A DNA stretch of 64,000 bases from Lytechinus pictus (taxonomy: Eukaryota): contig NC_087251.1 in NCBI RefSeq assembly GCF_037042905.1, positions 37,698,001 to 37,762,000 of the forward strand. The letters run 5' to 3'. This document shows, piece after piece, positions 28,331 through 42,300 of the stretch (its first letter is position 1; each line of letters begins with the position of its first letter). Position numbers and translations under genes: made by a program. A model generated the notes under the pieces. It ran no database searches. It was not told the DNA's origin and saw only the letters and a list, made by a program, of their open reading frames with translations.

Positions 28331-28380
28331 AATAAATAAATCTTATTTCAATACATTGTAATTTGTGTGTGTTTTTATTT
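28331..28380 (+). terminator. Candidate distal polyadenylation signal of the TRERF1-like gene
   Basis: AATAAATAAA at 28331-28340, followed about 20 nt later by GT/T-rich TTGTGTGTGTTTTTATT, at the end of a long T-rich plus-strand stretch. No transcript evidence. Confidence 0.4.
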
Positions 28381-29397
28381 TATCATTTCTCTTTCGATGT
28401 GCGAGAGATTTTAATTGCATATGTTTGGATTGCAAGAGAAAAAATGTATTATTTGCAGATTTTGTTCCTCTTCATTCTTCATATTTCCTTGGAAAAGGAG
28501 ACGGTTAAGGCTAAAGGGGAAATCCAAACCTTTGTAATAGATTCATTTTTGTGAAGAGGAAAAATAATAGCAAAATTGTTAAGTTTGAAAGACAGACAAG
28601 CCAGGGAGGTGTAAGGAAGGAGCGGGGTCAAGCTGCTTGCTTTCTTTCACCCAATGCTCAATGTAGCTAATAAATAAATGCGTTACTACCTCCACCCCCT
28701 ATGATTTATTTAAGTATTGAAAAAAAAAGAGGGAATGAAAAAGAAGGGTATCAATAAAGATCTAGGGCGTAACTTAAATGTTTTAATCTCTGTGATTTAA
28801 TAGAGAAAAAAGTCACATTTAGGAATTCTTGTGCCCCCCCCCCATGAAAACATCCTGTTCATATACTAGATTGAAAAAAAATCTATTGCGAATATGACAA
28901 TTTTAACTTTTTGGTATTTTCAAGCTATTACGTCCCAGTTAAATGTTTTTGCTACCTACCAGTTTTGTGCATAATATTTATGCCATATATGTATCATAAA
29001 CAATATTAAGTAACTTGCTCATTAAAGGAAATTAATTTTTTTCTATTCTACTACCCTTCCCCTTTGTATGGGTATATCAGGTTAAAAAAAATTATAGCTG
29101 TTTAGTTTTGAAATCAATATTTATTTTAGAAATAATTTGAAGAGTTTAAAGGTCCAATAAATATAACTTCTGTGAAAGTCACATTGGTTTTGAATTCAGA
29201 GTCTAAATATTATCAAGAGAAACCCAAAACTTATCACAACAAAAGTGAAACAATGAATAAGGTATGTGTGAATTGTGCGTGGCTCAACAAACTTAGAATG
29301 GGTCAAATAGCAGTTACAAAAGAGCCTGGGTATTAAAAAAAAATGCAGCTTTGAAATTTTCTCACGAACTACAGAATTATGTGGGATTTTTATTTAA

Positions 29398-29952
29398 AGG
29401 GGAATCCAGCCTTGGCCATAAAATGTTGTGTTGGGAAGGAGAAAAATAAATTAAACAGAATGGTGAAAGTTTGAAAGAAATCGGACAAGCAATAAGAAAG
29501 TTGAGATCACTAATACTATGTAGATTTCAAATTGGCAACTGAGTAAGTAAATTATGACAAGGGGCAAGGACAACTTTCCCATAGGCCATGTACTTTATTA
29601 TCAGGGATTTGTGGTTTTCTCCTAAGTACCCATTCCCCTGGGGTAGTATATTGTTTTATGTCCTCATGAAAGAAAAATACAATTTGAAATAAAACTTTTT
29701 GGAAAAATGAAATTTTAGCCATAATATGTATTGAAGTACATGGAAGAGTAGTCCTTGCCTTACATCACTATGACATCCCATATGCGGCCAATTTGAAGTC
29801 TCCATGGATATAGTGATTACCAATATTTACAACTTTAAAAAATTAATAACTTTCTTGTTGTTTGTCCAATATTGTTCAAACTTTCACCTATCAACTTGTC
29901 TGATTTTTCTTTTCCTTATAAAAACAAGTTTTTATTTGGGTTGGATTCCCCT
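29398..29952. mobile_element. TTAA-inserting MITE (Kolobok-like)
   Basis: TTAA|AGGGGAATCCA...TGGATTCCCCT|TTAA with inverted arms. Confidence 0.8.
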
Positions 29953-30375
29953 TTAACTTTAGAGAGGGACATCTTCCTTGGAACATGGTGTAAAGCACAT
30001 GATTGTAAAGCTATAGTATTTGTACTTGGAGCTTTTTCACGATATTTTGTTTTAAACACAAAGCATCTCATAGATAAATGCCAGTTTAGGTAACGGACGA
30101 GTACGTACCGAATCCTATGAAATGACCACACAAAAGTCTGTATTTATAAATAAACTATATGTGCCAAGGGATTGGAAGAAAATATGTAATTGGTGAGAAA
30201 TAGGCAAGATAGGCATCCAATTCCGGCAAAATGTTGGGTCTTTATCCAAGCAATGATAAATTGTCCCACATTTGTGTTGACAATCTTCAGTGTGATTGTT
30301 TTTCAGGATTTTACAAAGAGCGGTTTATGTAACTGTACTCGGATCTAGATCTACGATGATATACTGTGTGAATTA

Positions 30376-31196
30376 AAAAAAAACTTGACACCTCAAAAAT
30401 CCCAAATTTAAGGAAAAAAATGTCATAAACACAGTTATTATATATGACCTGAAAGAGTATTGTCCTCCAAAATAATTTGATACCATATTTATGTGGTGTC
30501 TTAACGGTTGGATGACCAGGAGGTAGTCTTTGCAGTGATGTAAATTTTGATTAGCGCCAAATTAAGGCAGGACTGCGATGAATGTAAATGTTGATGTCAT
30601 AATCCTACAAGGGTTGCATTAAAATCCATTTCAAAACACTTTTTCAGTAATTAACATTATAATTGTTTAATAACACATTCTAGCATCAATTGTCAAGTTA
30701 ATTTAATTGAAAATGGATTAGCAAATATGTTCACTAACTCGTGTAGGATTTTGACATCATTTGTGTCTGATAATTGCAGTCATGCCTTTGGCGCAAGTCA
30801 AAATTTACATCACTGCAAAGAATACCTACTGATAATCCAAAAGTGAAGACATACAACATGAATATGGTATCAAATTATCTGGGAGAAGATAATCTTTCCA
30901 GCCATACGTAACGAATATGCATTCATGACATGTTTTCCTTAAATTAGGGATTTGTAAATGGAAATGGTGGAGATTTTTACCTAATTGCTAAGAAAGCATG
31001 AATGCTTGTAAGCAAGCAACCAACCAGAGGACCGACAGCTTCAGGTCCTCTCTGAGGAACCTGGTAATGAGGATTAATGCCTTATCAAAGGGCAGTAGCA
31101 CACCAAGTGGGAATTGATCCCGGGTCACCGGAATCCGAAACCCCTGCTCTACCGACAGAGCTATTGCGCCTCCGGGAGGTGTCAAGGTTTTTTTTA
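30376..31196. mobile_element. Old inverted-repeat MITE interrupted by a SINE
   Basis: The arms AAACTTGACACCTC..AATCCCAAATTTAAGG..CTTTGCAGTGATGTAAATTTTGA are mirrored on the right; the right arm is split by the SINE at about 30960-31178. Confidence 0.6.
30960..31178 (-). mobile_element. tRNA-derived SINE
   Basis: The minus strand reads GGAGGCGCAATAGCTCTGTCGGTAGAGC..GACCCGGGATCAATTCCC (degenerate A/B boxes), followed by a non-tRNA body. Confidence 0.7.
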
Positions 31197-32377
31197 CTCG
31201 CACGGTAGTGACAATTAACCTTGGTTATACAAACTTTCTCATGAAATCGGTGTTCACTACAACTCTTCATTAATCTTTAAATACAACAGTTTACAAAGAA
31301 GGAAGAGCACTCATATTATGATTAAAGTTTTACAAATACAGTGTACAATTTTATTTACATATTATACAAGTATGAATACATATTGACATCGAATTCATTA
31401 TGCATGCATAATATTCTTATGCAATTTGATGAATATATTAAAACGCAATCAAGAGAATAAAATACATTTACTATTTACAAACTGAAAGGCAACCATAATT
31501 TCTGGTAAATAAATTCCTACCTAAGCTACCATTTATTCTCTCTTACGACAAATGTTCTGAATTTCAAGGTGAAAAAATGTTGAAGATGGACTTGCCCAAA
31601 TGACACAATTAACTGGACAGAGCCCTATTATAACACTTTCTTAAACTGATACATGAACATTTTATGTATTGCAATAAATGCTAAGATGTCTTGAATTGTG
31701 ACAATATTTAGAGAATAGAAAAAAGTTCATACGTTCAAAGCAAGTCAAGTGACCTCATGCAGGCATCCATTCCATTTCCAGAATCAAGATATCAGGCGTG
31801 TGTCCAGCCAGCATCAGATCCTACAAAGCATTTCATGGGCCAAATGGTCTGGGGACAATAGTGACTCTATTATGCTTGTGCATGGGCTCATACATTTCTT
31901 TGTCATAGTTGATGCTGGATATGCTATTAGATATGGACTACATTATTATCAGTCGGGGTAATTATTATTTACGAGGAAATTCAAAGGGATCATTAACAGC
32001 TCAACATTAGAAATGGGTCTTAAAAGTGAACAAATATACAGGGGTTGAGATTGATTTATTCTCCCGCCCCCCCAAAAAAAATGAATAAATAAAAATGTCC
32101 ATATTGTCTCAGAAAATTGCAAGCAACTCCTTCAATTATTGGGCTGAATACAACAGGCAATTTGGAATGATCAGAGACAGGCATATACAGCCCCCATGCT
32201 AAAAATATAAATTTTCGTTTCTTATTTCTATAAAATTATTCTTCCATTTTGGTGCACATATAATTCAAATCAAACATACACATTAATTTCTATATTGTAT
32301 ATCAAATTTCAGTTAAATCTGTGAATGTTAGGCCATATACATGTATCCTTACAACTAGAAAAAAATCCACATATTAA

Positions 32378-32785
32378 AGTGATTGGTTAACATTGGTTTG
32401 ACTTTTAAAAAATCTGAGCTAGAAGGTCACACTTGTCACCTGTGTCTGTGATATGTTACAAAAATGAAGCCCAGAAAAAATTGCGTTCGAAATTAATTAT
32501 TTAGTGCTTCAAAAATTGAAATATAAAGTGACCGGAAACACCATCTTAATTTGATCCCATACACTTATGTGTACTATTTAGGCGTCTTGAAGACGCCTAT
32601 TTACAAAATAGGCGTCTTGTAGATGCCTATTTACAAAATCAGGGTTTGCCTTGTAGTTTTAGCTTTTCATTCTCAATAATGGTTGTTTTCAGGGTTTATT
32701 AGTTCTGATACATGCACTTGTACACATGTTTCATCTTGGTTTGAGAATTTTTTAAATCAGCTTCTCACAAAGTTAAACAATACCT
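32378..32785 (-). mobile_element. TTAA-inserting non-autonomous DNA transposon, copy B
   Basis: Reverse-complement match to 13528-13895, TTAA flanks, and an extra ~29-bp internal tandem duplication (AGGCGTCTTG..GCCTATTTACAAAAT). Confidence 0.8.
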
Positions 32786-33383
32786 TTAAGTGGTCAATTA
32801 ATATGAAGTACAAATAAGGGTAAATTAAGAGTAAGGGGAAAGACTATATATTCGAAGAAGTCACAATTATTTGACAGGAAAAAATGTTTAATATCTTGGA
32901 TTTAATGATAACACCAGGCCCCCCCCCCCGTCTTACAAAGAGTTACGATTTTGATCCAATCAACCACGACTATGGAAAAGCCAGCAACGTCAACACCTGA
33001 AATACATGTTTCTTCAAAATATTTCTGGATATGATGTATATTTATACATTTGCTGTTTTCTTGACAATTCAGTATGCTTAATTTTTTTTCAAAGGACATT
33101 GTGTAAATTTCCTAACGAAAAAAATCTGACATTGATGGATTTCCATATGTACATGACTTAACTTACTAATTATATAACTTATTATTATTTCCACATGTAC
33201 TTGAGGTTGATCGGATCAATTGTAACTACCTGAAAGATGGGGCCCAAAAGCATTGGGAGAAAATAAATCCTATTTTCACAATGTTCTTTCAAAGGTTTCG
33301 GACGGATTCAAAATGTAAAAAAAAAAAACAAATAGATAACGGTTGTAGGAATATTCATCTGCAGAAATTTCAATTTCATTCCT

Positions 33384-36300
33384 TCAGTCTTCTTCATCTT
33401 GCTCCATATTATCATCAACAAGGGGTTCACCTAAAAAATAAATGAGAAAAATTTGAAAGCACAACATATAATCATAAAATTCCAACTCTTTATTGAAAAT
33501 GAGATTTTGATTGGCTGCTTAGCCCTGTTACAATGATAGATACATATGACAAAATTATTATACTTTTAAGTCCTTTACAAAACAGGCCCAGAAAGCCTTT
33601 TCATTTAAAACAAAATAAGTTAAATATACCGTTGTAACTTTCTGTTCATACAATTATTGTGAAGTTGGGACTTCATTATAAGATGAGACACGGGGAGCGT
33701 TTCATGAAAGGAAAAGGATACAAAAACATCCAACAAATTCTATTTTATTCAACAGTTAAAATAGTTACAGTCAGACACCACAAGTGCTTATCAATTAATG
33801 AAAGTTAATCAAGGCCCCGTTGCATAAAAATTACTACTATGGTAACTTTGCGATCCAATGGTAACTACCATGGTAACGCTGATCAACAGCCAATCAAAAT
33901 CAAGGATTTCATGCAAGTTGGATGGCAAAGTTACCATAATGGTAACTTTTATGCAACAGGGCCCAGATCTGAAACCAGACAACACAGATTGTTGAAAGAC
34001 TCTCTGGGATGATTTCTGTACATGTCATCTTACCATCTAACTTCTTTAGACCCGGTAACCTCTTCCTGACTTGTGCGACATAGTCTCCTGCTTGCGAATG
34101 ATTCTCCTCGAGTGGGTTACCTGAGGAGGAAATATTTGCAAAAAAGTTTCTTTTACTTTTATGACAGTTTTTTTTCACTTGTTATAATGTAACACAGGTT
34201 TGACCCCTCTCCTGCACATGTGGAATTGCCACTGTAACCAATAGTGATTTCAAATAAGATCAAGACCTCAATCAAATCTTACCCTCAAAACTTCCAAAAT
34301 TGAAACATTCTATCTATGATTCATTAAAATAAAGTACTAGAGAAATAGTGAAACTGTGACATCATTAGCTCTAAATTTGCAAAATCATCTGAATAACTGT
34401 TTTGTGACAATAAGCGAAATGTGCAAATGTATAATGACTTCATTTTACATCCAATTTTGATGAAATTTTCGACATTTTGTATGTTGGGAAATCCAACTCA
34501 GAAAACTTTAAAGTAGAGTTTGTTGTTTAATACGTGACCTCTATAAACGGTTCCCTCTTTGCAAGGATTATATCAGTTGATGTTTATGTCATACCAAGTG
34601 TAAATTGGGTTGAAAAAAAATGCTGAATTCTCCAAATAAGACCAACAGAAACTAATGTAATGACCACCAAAGTGTTTGCGTATATACATTTAAAACAAGT
34701 GGAATGCCTCTGGCAGTCTCGCCTGCATTACGCAATGCGATATAGCAGCAGTGCTTCTTTTGAAAATAGCTAATGAATATTATTCACAGAAGAAAACACT
34801 AATATGATAATAAAATATTATGCCCATTGACCCAAAACGACCTTTGACCATGATCATGTGACCTAAGACATGTGCAAAACAATCATTCATACTTGATTAT
34901 CCTTATGTCGATGTTTCATGAGCTAGATCCATAAACTTCCTTCATTATGATGCCAATTCAACACATACTCCTAACACGGCCAGAGTTCACTGACCTTTGA
35001 TCTTGGCCATGTTCCTGAAATGCATACAGGGTATTCAGGGATACACTGCTGCTCTTATGTCCAAGTTTCATGAGCGAGATCCATAGACTTTTAAATTTAT
35101 GATGACAATTCCTCAAATAACCCCAACATGGCCAAAGTTTGTTGACCCTAAGTGACCTTTGACCTTGGTCATGTGACCTGAAACTCGCACATGATATTCA
35201 GAGATACATGGTTGCTCTTATGTCTAAGTTTCATGAACTAGATCCATAAAATTTCAAAGTTATGATGACAATACCTCAAATAACCCCAACATGGCCAAAG
35301 TTTGTTGACCCTAAGTGACCTTTGACCTTGGTCATGTGACCTGAAACTCGCACATGATATTCAGGGATACATGGTTGCTCTTATGTTCAAGTTCCATGAA
35401 CTAGATCCATAAAATTTCTAAGTTATGATGACAATTCCTCAAATAACCCCAACATGGCCAAAGTTCGTTGACCATAAGTGACCTTTGACCTTGGTCATGT
35501 GACCTGAAACTCGCACATGATATTCAGGGATACATGGTTGCTCTTATTTCATGAACTAGATCCATATACTTTTGAAGTTATGACAACATTTCAAAAACTT
35601 AATCTTGGTTAAGATTTCGATATTGATTCCCCCAACATGGTCTAAGTTCATTGACCCTAAATGACCTTTGACCTTGATCATGTGACCTGAATCTCAGGCA
35701 GGATGTTCAGTAATACTTGATTACCCTTATGTCTAAGTTTCATGAACTAGGTCCATATACTTTCTAAGTTATGATGACATTTCAAAAACTTAACCTTGGT
35801 TAAGATTTCAATGTTGACGACGCCGCCGCCGCCATCGGAAAAGCGGCGCCTATAGTCTCGCTCTGCTATGCAGGCGAGACAAAAATGTGCCAAATAATTC
35901 TGGTAGAAAATGCGTAATTGCTGAGAAATTAGCAAAATAAGCATGATATTCCGACCAAACGTCAGGTCTTTTTCCATGCAATAATAATACACTGTCTCAC
36001 ATATGCTAATCTGTGTTGGTAATTTACAGTGTGATTTTTTTTGCTTAGATTTCAGGACTTCCCAAAGTTTGGTTTATGTTAATGTACTAGATCTAGATCC
36101 ATGATGGTATGGTGGCAATTAACCTTCATTGTAAAGACTTTTCTTATGGAATCCTTGTTTGCTACAACTATATTCCTTTGGCTTAAAAAGTCAGTGTGCT
36201 TTCAGCATATAATTGAATTTCATCAACTGTACATTCACTCACCTACAAACACAAGCTCTACGAGGCAAGGAAGCTGGTTGAGTTTATCAAATTCACCCCA

Positions 36301-39300
36301 ATCTTTGACAAAATTATTCGACATGTACAACACCTAAGGAGAAAAATAAATTATCAATAAAAACTTCCACTAAAAGTAAATCCTAATACGGGGGGGGGGG
36401 GGGGGGGGCACAAGAAAACACAAGAGAAGAGTTGAAACAGCACCAGTTGTTTGGCTTTGAGCTAACACCAGACAGGCACTATACCCTAAATCCCCGGCAA
36501 AGATATTAAGGAGGCCATAATGCCCCCCAGTATTGGCAAGAATCAAAATACTCCAAGAGAATTTGAGCTAAATCCAAAATCTGCTTCATACCTACATTTT
36601 CAATCAATTCAATTCAATCTTTATTGCAAGGTTACAAGGTTGGATTATGTACGAATAAAAATGGTTGACAATTATAAATTTCATATCTTACAAAGATTGA
36701 TAATTTATATATTTAAATTGAATAAAAATCATATTAAAGTAAGAAATTATAATAATAATTATAATATTAAAGTAAGAAATTATAATAATTATAATATTAA
36801 AAAATAGGTTCCAAACCAACAAATCTCGAATGTATTGATTTGGGACAGCATTAATAATATGCAACATTCATGTTGCTAAATACTATGGTCCGTATTCTGA
36901 AGTCGGGTTTAACTTAAACTCAGGTTTAAAGTTGTGGTTTAAGTATGGACAGCCAATTGTTACATAATCACTAACAGTAGAGATATCATACTTCAGCCCA
37001 TTCGGCTCTCAAATCATTCATAATTGTGTAGGAAGTATAAATAGATGATTGTCTTCACCATCGATGAATCAGGAAAGAGCACAGTAAACATAAGAAACAT
37101 ACAACTTAATAAAAATTTTGATACGTTTGGCTTCCCATACTTAAACCACAACTTTAAACCTGAGTTTAAGTTAAACCCGACTTCAGAATACGGGCCAATG
37201 TTTCTAACACTAACATTACGAACAATCATAAGATTGTATATTATGTACTTTCTTTTTAAAAGCACTTTTTGTATTCATTGCTCCTAATCTCTCAATATAT
37301 TTTGTTACCAATAATAATACATGTAATAATAACAGGGCTCAGCAGCCAATCACAATCAAGGTTTCCACAGTATTTATAATAATGCCAGTTTTCATTAAGA
37401 AATTGGTCCTAGGTGGAACTGGTGGATATTCTGGTCACTTTTGGCTACACATGGTCAATCTGAAAGAAACTTTATTATGAACAACAATAGGGGCTATATT
37501 TTAAAAACTAATCATTTCCTTTCATGCAACTCTGATTAAATTAAATTTCAAACACTTACTTTGAGTTTCTTGAGAACTTGAATGCCTTTCAGTTTCTCAA
37601 TATAATTATAGGAGATCCACAGCTCTTCTAATGTGTCTGATACTGCTTCCTGTAGCATGGAAACAAAATAACCTTTTTACTCATTAAAGAGGAATTTCAC
37701 CCTGAAGATTTCACTCCTGAGTCGATTTTAATAAAAACATTGTTTTTTAAAATGGGAAAATTATTGGTGAATGTTTGATGAAAATCCATCAAGAATAAGA
37801 GAGATATGAAGTTTTAAAGATTTCAATTTGCGACATTATTTGCGAGCAGCTCCCCCACATTCCACAAGTCCCAATTTTAATGCTGTTCAGTCTCAACTAT
37901 TTTCTTTCTTTCTCATGCTCTAGATGTATTTTTGATGTTCATGTTTTATACTCATGCTACTGTTACTATTTCATACATGTATTTTTTAATGTAAATGTAT
38001 GTTTGAAATTGGAAAAGATTGAAATTGAAATAATGGAATATGATGAATACAAATATTATTCTGATAGGAGGGGGTATGAAATAATGTGTCCGAGGATATA
38101 TCCACTGCACAAATGAAATCACTTTCAGTTCTTTTTGACAAAATTTGTTTACTCTATGTCACATGACATACGGAGGAGGTGTTCGTTAGTGATGTAAAAT
38201 CAGTTTATCATCGGATGAACTTCATCTTAAAATCAACTGTTGAAGAATAAATGATGATAAGCCAAGTATGACTAATTTGGATAACACTCAGTATCTCGTA
38301 GTTAATGACTTGGGGCATTTTATATAAATTCATCAATTACTTGTATTTGTAATTGAGAAATTGAAGACTAACATTAACTAAATGTTAGACAAAAATATCA
38401 ATATCATAACTTACTACAATATCAGAAAGAAACAGGAAAAACTCTAAGAGTATAGAAGTTTACACCCTGCAGTTAGTAGACCATAATAACACCTTACTTA
38501 CCAAGCCATTGAGGTTCTTTATAAGATTCCTGCCAAGTGATAGAATCTTGAGGTTTTCTAGAAAGGAATTACAGATATAAATTGAAAAAGTAAGTATGGT
38601 ACTAAATTTTGACTACTCAAATACAGTCAACTTTAGATGTTAAAACTGCCTTTTAATCAGTATAAATTTCCCCAAGTCAAAGTTATAAATAAAATTGTAG
38701 AAGTTGTAGGTCTTTTGACCCTCCCTTCTGTTTTTAAGCTATTTCGTTGCTCAAAAAAAGGGCATGGAGATGAATACCTAATTTACATCTGAAAAAGTAG
38801 ATATTGTTTGATAATCACATTTCATGCTATTTGGCAGAACTATGTAATGCTGTGAACACTGGCATAGATGCGAGCAGTAAACCTATAGCCCCCTCGGCCA
38901 ATTTTGATTACCATGACTTCATCTATCTGCCCCTGTGGCTATGACTATAGATTGCTCGACAGAGTCAGATACAAACCTCAGATTTGTGTCAAAATGGCCT
39001 CGTATTGCAAGGTATGATATTGTATGATATTACTGTATGGCACATTTGTCTGATATACTGTATCATCTGTGATCTATATTTATAGAATTCTGAATATATA
39101 AGTCTTGTCATTTGTGTCAGTATATTTGAATATCGACACACAAAATAAAAAAAATATTGATTCTTTACTCACTTAAGCCATTCAGGTTTGCGATCTTTTC
39201 AATCACATTTGTTGAAAGGGACAATTGCCTGTAGACAAAAAAAGGAAGAAAGGTCAATATTCATGAAAAGTTATGAAATTCAACAATTATTATTACTCCA

Positions 39301-42300
39301 TTTAACTATATCATATGTTTGATGTTTATGAACTGCAGATATAAAACACAACTACCCTCTTGTTCTACTACTTTGACTCATATTTGAAGTGGGGGAAGTA
39401 AATGTCAATTGAGTCTTGTGTGGAATCTAGAATGTAAAAAACAAATCAGTTTGTTTAGATAGTAAATCTAAGTTAATTTCTTATTATATTCATCTTCGAA
39501 TTGTCAAAATATATACTCCTGATTCAGACAGACTACTAGAAATGACACCATACACCAGCAATTACATGTATGTCAAATAATGCATGCTTAATTATTTATA
39601 TACAGAAGTAACCTGCATATTAGCATAAATGATGAAATATAACACAAATAAATAACTTACGTGCAGTTGCTAAGAGTCGAAAGGGATGCATCCATTTTAT
39701 CAATGGGCGGGTTCTGAAAGAGGAGTTTGACACACTTGGCATCACAGGCTTTTATCTTTTCTTGCGACTGACATGCCTCTTGTTCCTTTGTCTCCTGCAT
39801 AAGATATACACAAAGAAAGAAAACATACGCTTGTGTTACCAGAATAAATTTCAAAGTTAATTGAATTCAGTACACATTATCTGAAATAATACACCAACCA
39901 ATGACAGTAAAGGGAAAAAGGACTGCATGAAGTCTTACTACTCTTACTTTAAATGAGATGGGTTGGACCAGGGGTTTTCAATCAGTTTTGTCAAAGTGCA
40001 ACACTGTTATCCAACATCTGTACCGTGCCACTATCCCATAAGCGTAGTGAGCAAAGGAATTAGGTGACAGAGCCCCACAAACACTTTTTAATATCAGTTC
40101 TTTTAATTGGCATAAAACTGTGATAAATGTAAACATTAACATACAAACCATTTTATTTATTGATATGATTGTCTAAATATTTTAATTTGCTTCTTTTTTT
40201 TTTTCATAGTGGCTTGCATGTGCCACTTTGCAAGGCTTGATGCATCACAAGTGCGAGGTAATAGCCTTGCTATTGCTGAAGTCATAAAATCTATTCAATT
40301 TTAGTTACAAATAACATAGTTCTCTCGCAAATTAGGAAAAAAAGGAATAAATTAAAATAGTTTCAAGAACTGTACACCATAGTGTAGTTAATACAGATAG
40401 CTTAATAGACATCTGAAACATTTTTTTTTTAAACAAAAGCTTACCCATCTTGAGAGGGCTTCTTTAATCGTGGTACCTTTTGTTACTCCCTGTAACACGA
40501 AAGAAGACAAAAAAGAGAGACAAAATGAGAAAGCGAGAGTGAGGGAGCAAAAGATTATCAAATAACGGATATTTAACATTTTCACTTTTTTGCTTTGTGA
40601 TATGCGTATGGTGAACCTTTCTTACGGGCTAAGTAATCACCAATGAACATTTAATGGTGAAAAGATCACCATTCATTCTTAAAGTCACTCTTACCTTACG
40701 AACAGCTTTATGAAACGGCCCCCCGGAATCTTAAGAGCCCCTGAAATTCTGGTAGGGTCTAATGCATTATGTATTACAACATAGCAAAATTAGGCTGGTG
40801 AGCTCAAAAAGCCCCAGAAAAAATCCCTGTTGTGGATAATCTTGGAAAATGAAAATTAACCCATTACTCTCAAGGACATTATTATTAAACTAAGTGAAAA
40901 TTTGTCATGCCTCTTCTCTTCAGCCCAGCAGTCATAACTTGTATCCTAAACTTTGAAGCCTGCCTGCAGTCTCGATAGCTCACCTTTCAACGAAACTCAC
41001 ATTGAGTCAGAAAATTGGGATCGTCCCAGTTTACAGGGACTGTCTCAGCTTTCAAAGATTTCTCCACACAAGAAATCATTTACCTGTCAAGTGCCAACAC
41101 CAATCGAGTGCGCTAGTCAATGTAAACATATCAGGTTTCATACCATGATTATTAGAAGACCGCAAGTCATAAAAATAATAGAAGGTGAAGTGGGGAAAAT
41201 GGAGATCACTGAATCAATTTTAAGCACTCCAAACCCCTGTAAATGCCTATTATATCCCACAAGGGTAAGAGGAAAAAAAACTGTCCCCATAATCAAGGAT
41301 TATCTCAATTTATCAAGACATGATTTGTCTCAGTAGGGAAACCAAAAGTCATATTATTTGTTACAGTAACAATTTTTAAAGCTGAATGGTGACCCCGAAA
41401 TTGTCTAAATTGTTGTCTCATTTTCAAAGCAAATCTGACAGTTAATCATGATTTGTTTTCATCAAATGTTTGGCATCATGTGAAAGAGTAAATTCTGGTC
41501 TTTTTTTACAAACCTGTACAAAATTTTACTGACAAAAACAAAAAATGTTAGGAAAATAGGAAATGCTTATCATCTTTTATGAAGTTTGTGATTTTCTTAT
41601 TTATTTTCAATGGGAATCTAAACTCACTGATTTTTTTCATTATTAGAAAAAAAGCAACAGTTGATCCTGGTTTTAAATTTCTATGAATGTGATATCATTT
41701 GAAAGTGATTACCTTATTCTAAATTGTCATACAATAGTCCAAGCCTGAAAGTGAAAATTTACAATTCTATAGAAATAGAGGCAATTCTTGTAGGGGTCCA
41801 GTGACCATTTGTTACACATTACACAAAAACTTCTCCTCATGCCATTTAAATTTTTTTTTAAACAAAAATTTATCAAACAAAGTGGAAACACCAAAAATAT
41901 AACACTTACACTGAAATCATTTCGCAACTAAAATTATTATGAGTTTCTGTTCTATTTCATAATAAAATCCAGTCAAAATAGAATTTATATAGAATATTCA
42001 GTCATGATGAAGATGCTGAGTTTTTTTTGCATCCTCTCATGTAAGGTATTTAGCTCCTACTGGCTGGTTTGGGCTCGGTACAGCTAATACTGCAAAGTTA
42101 GTATTCCTATTCAAACATGAAATGAGGATCAGTTTCTTTGGAAAAATTCCATGACTCAGAGACTCACATTCTCCAAAGAAAAACATTCTTGATTTTCCAG
42201 CCAAGGACTGAAAATCATGTGTTAAAGAAAACTACATTTTTTTTCATTTGTTTAAACCACATTTGTTATTTGGAGCTCTTTTTTTTTGTTTACTGTTTAA

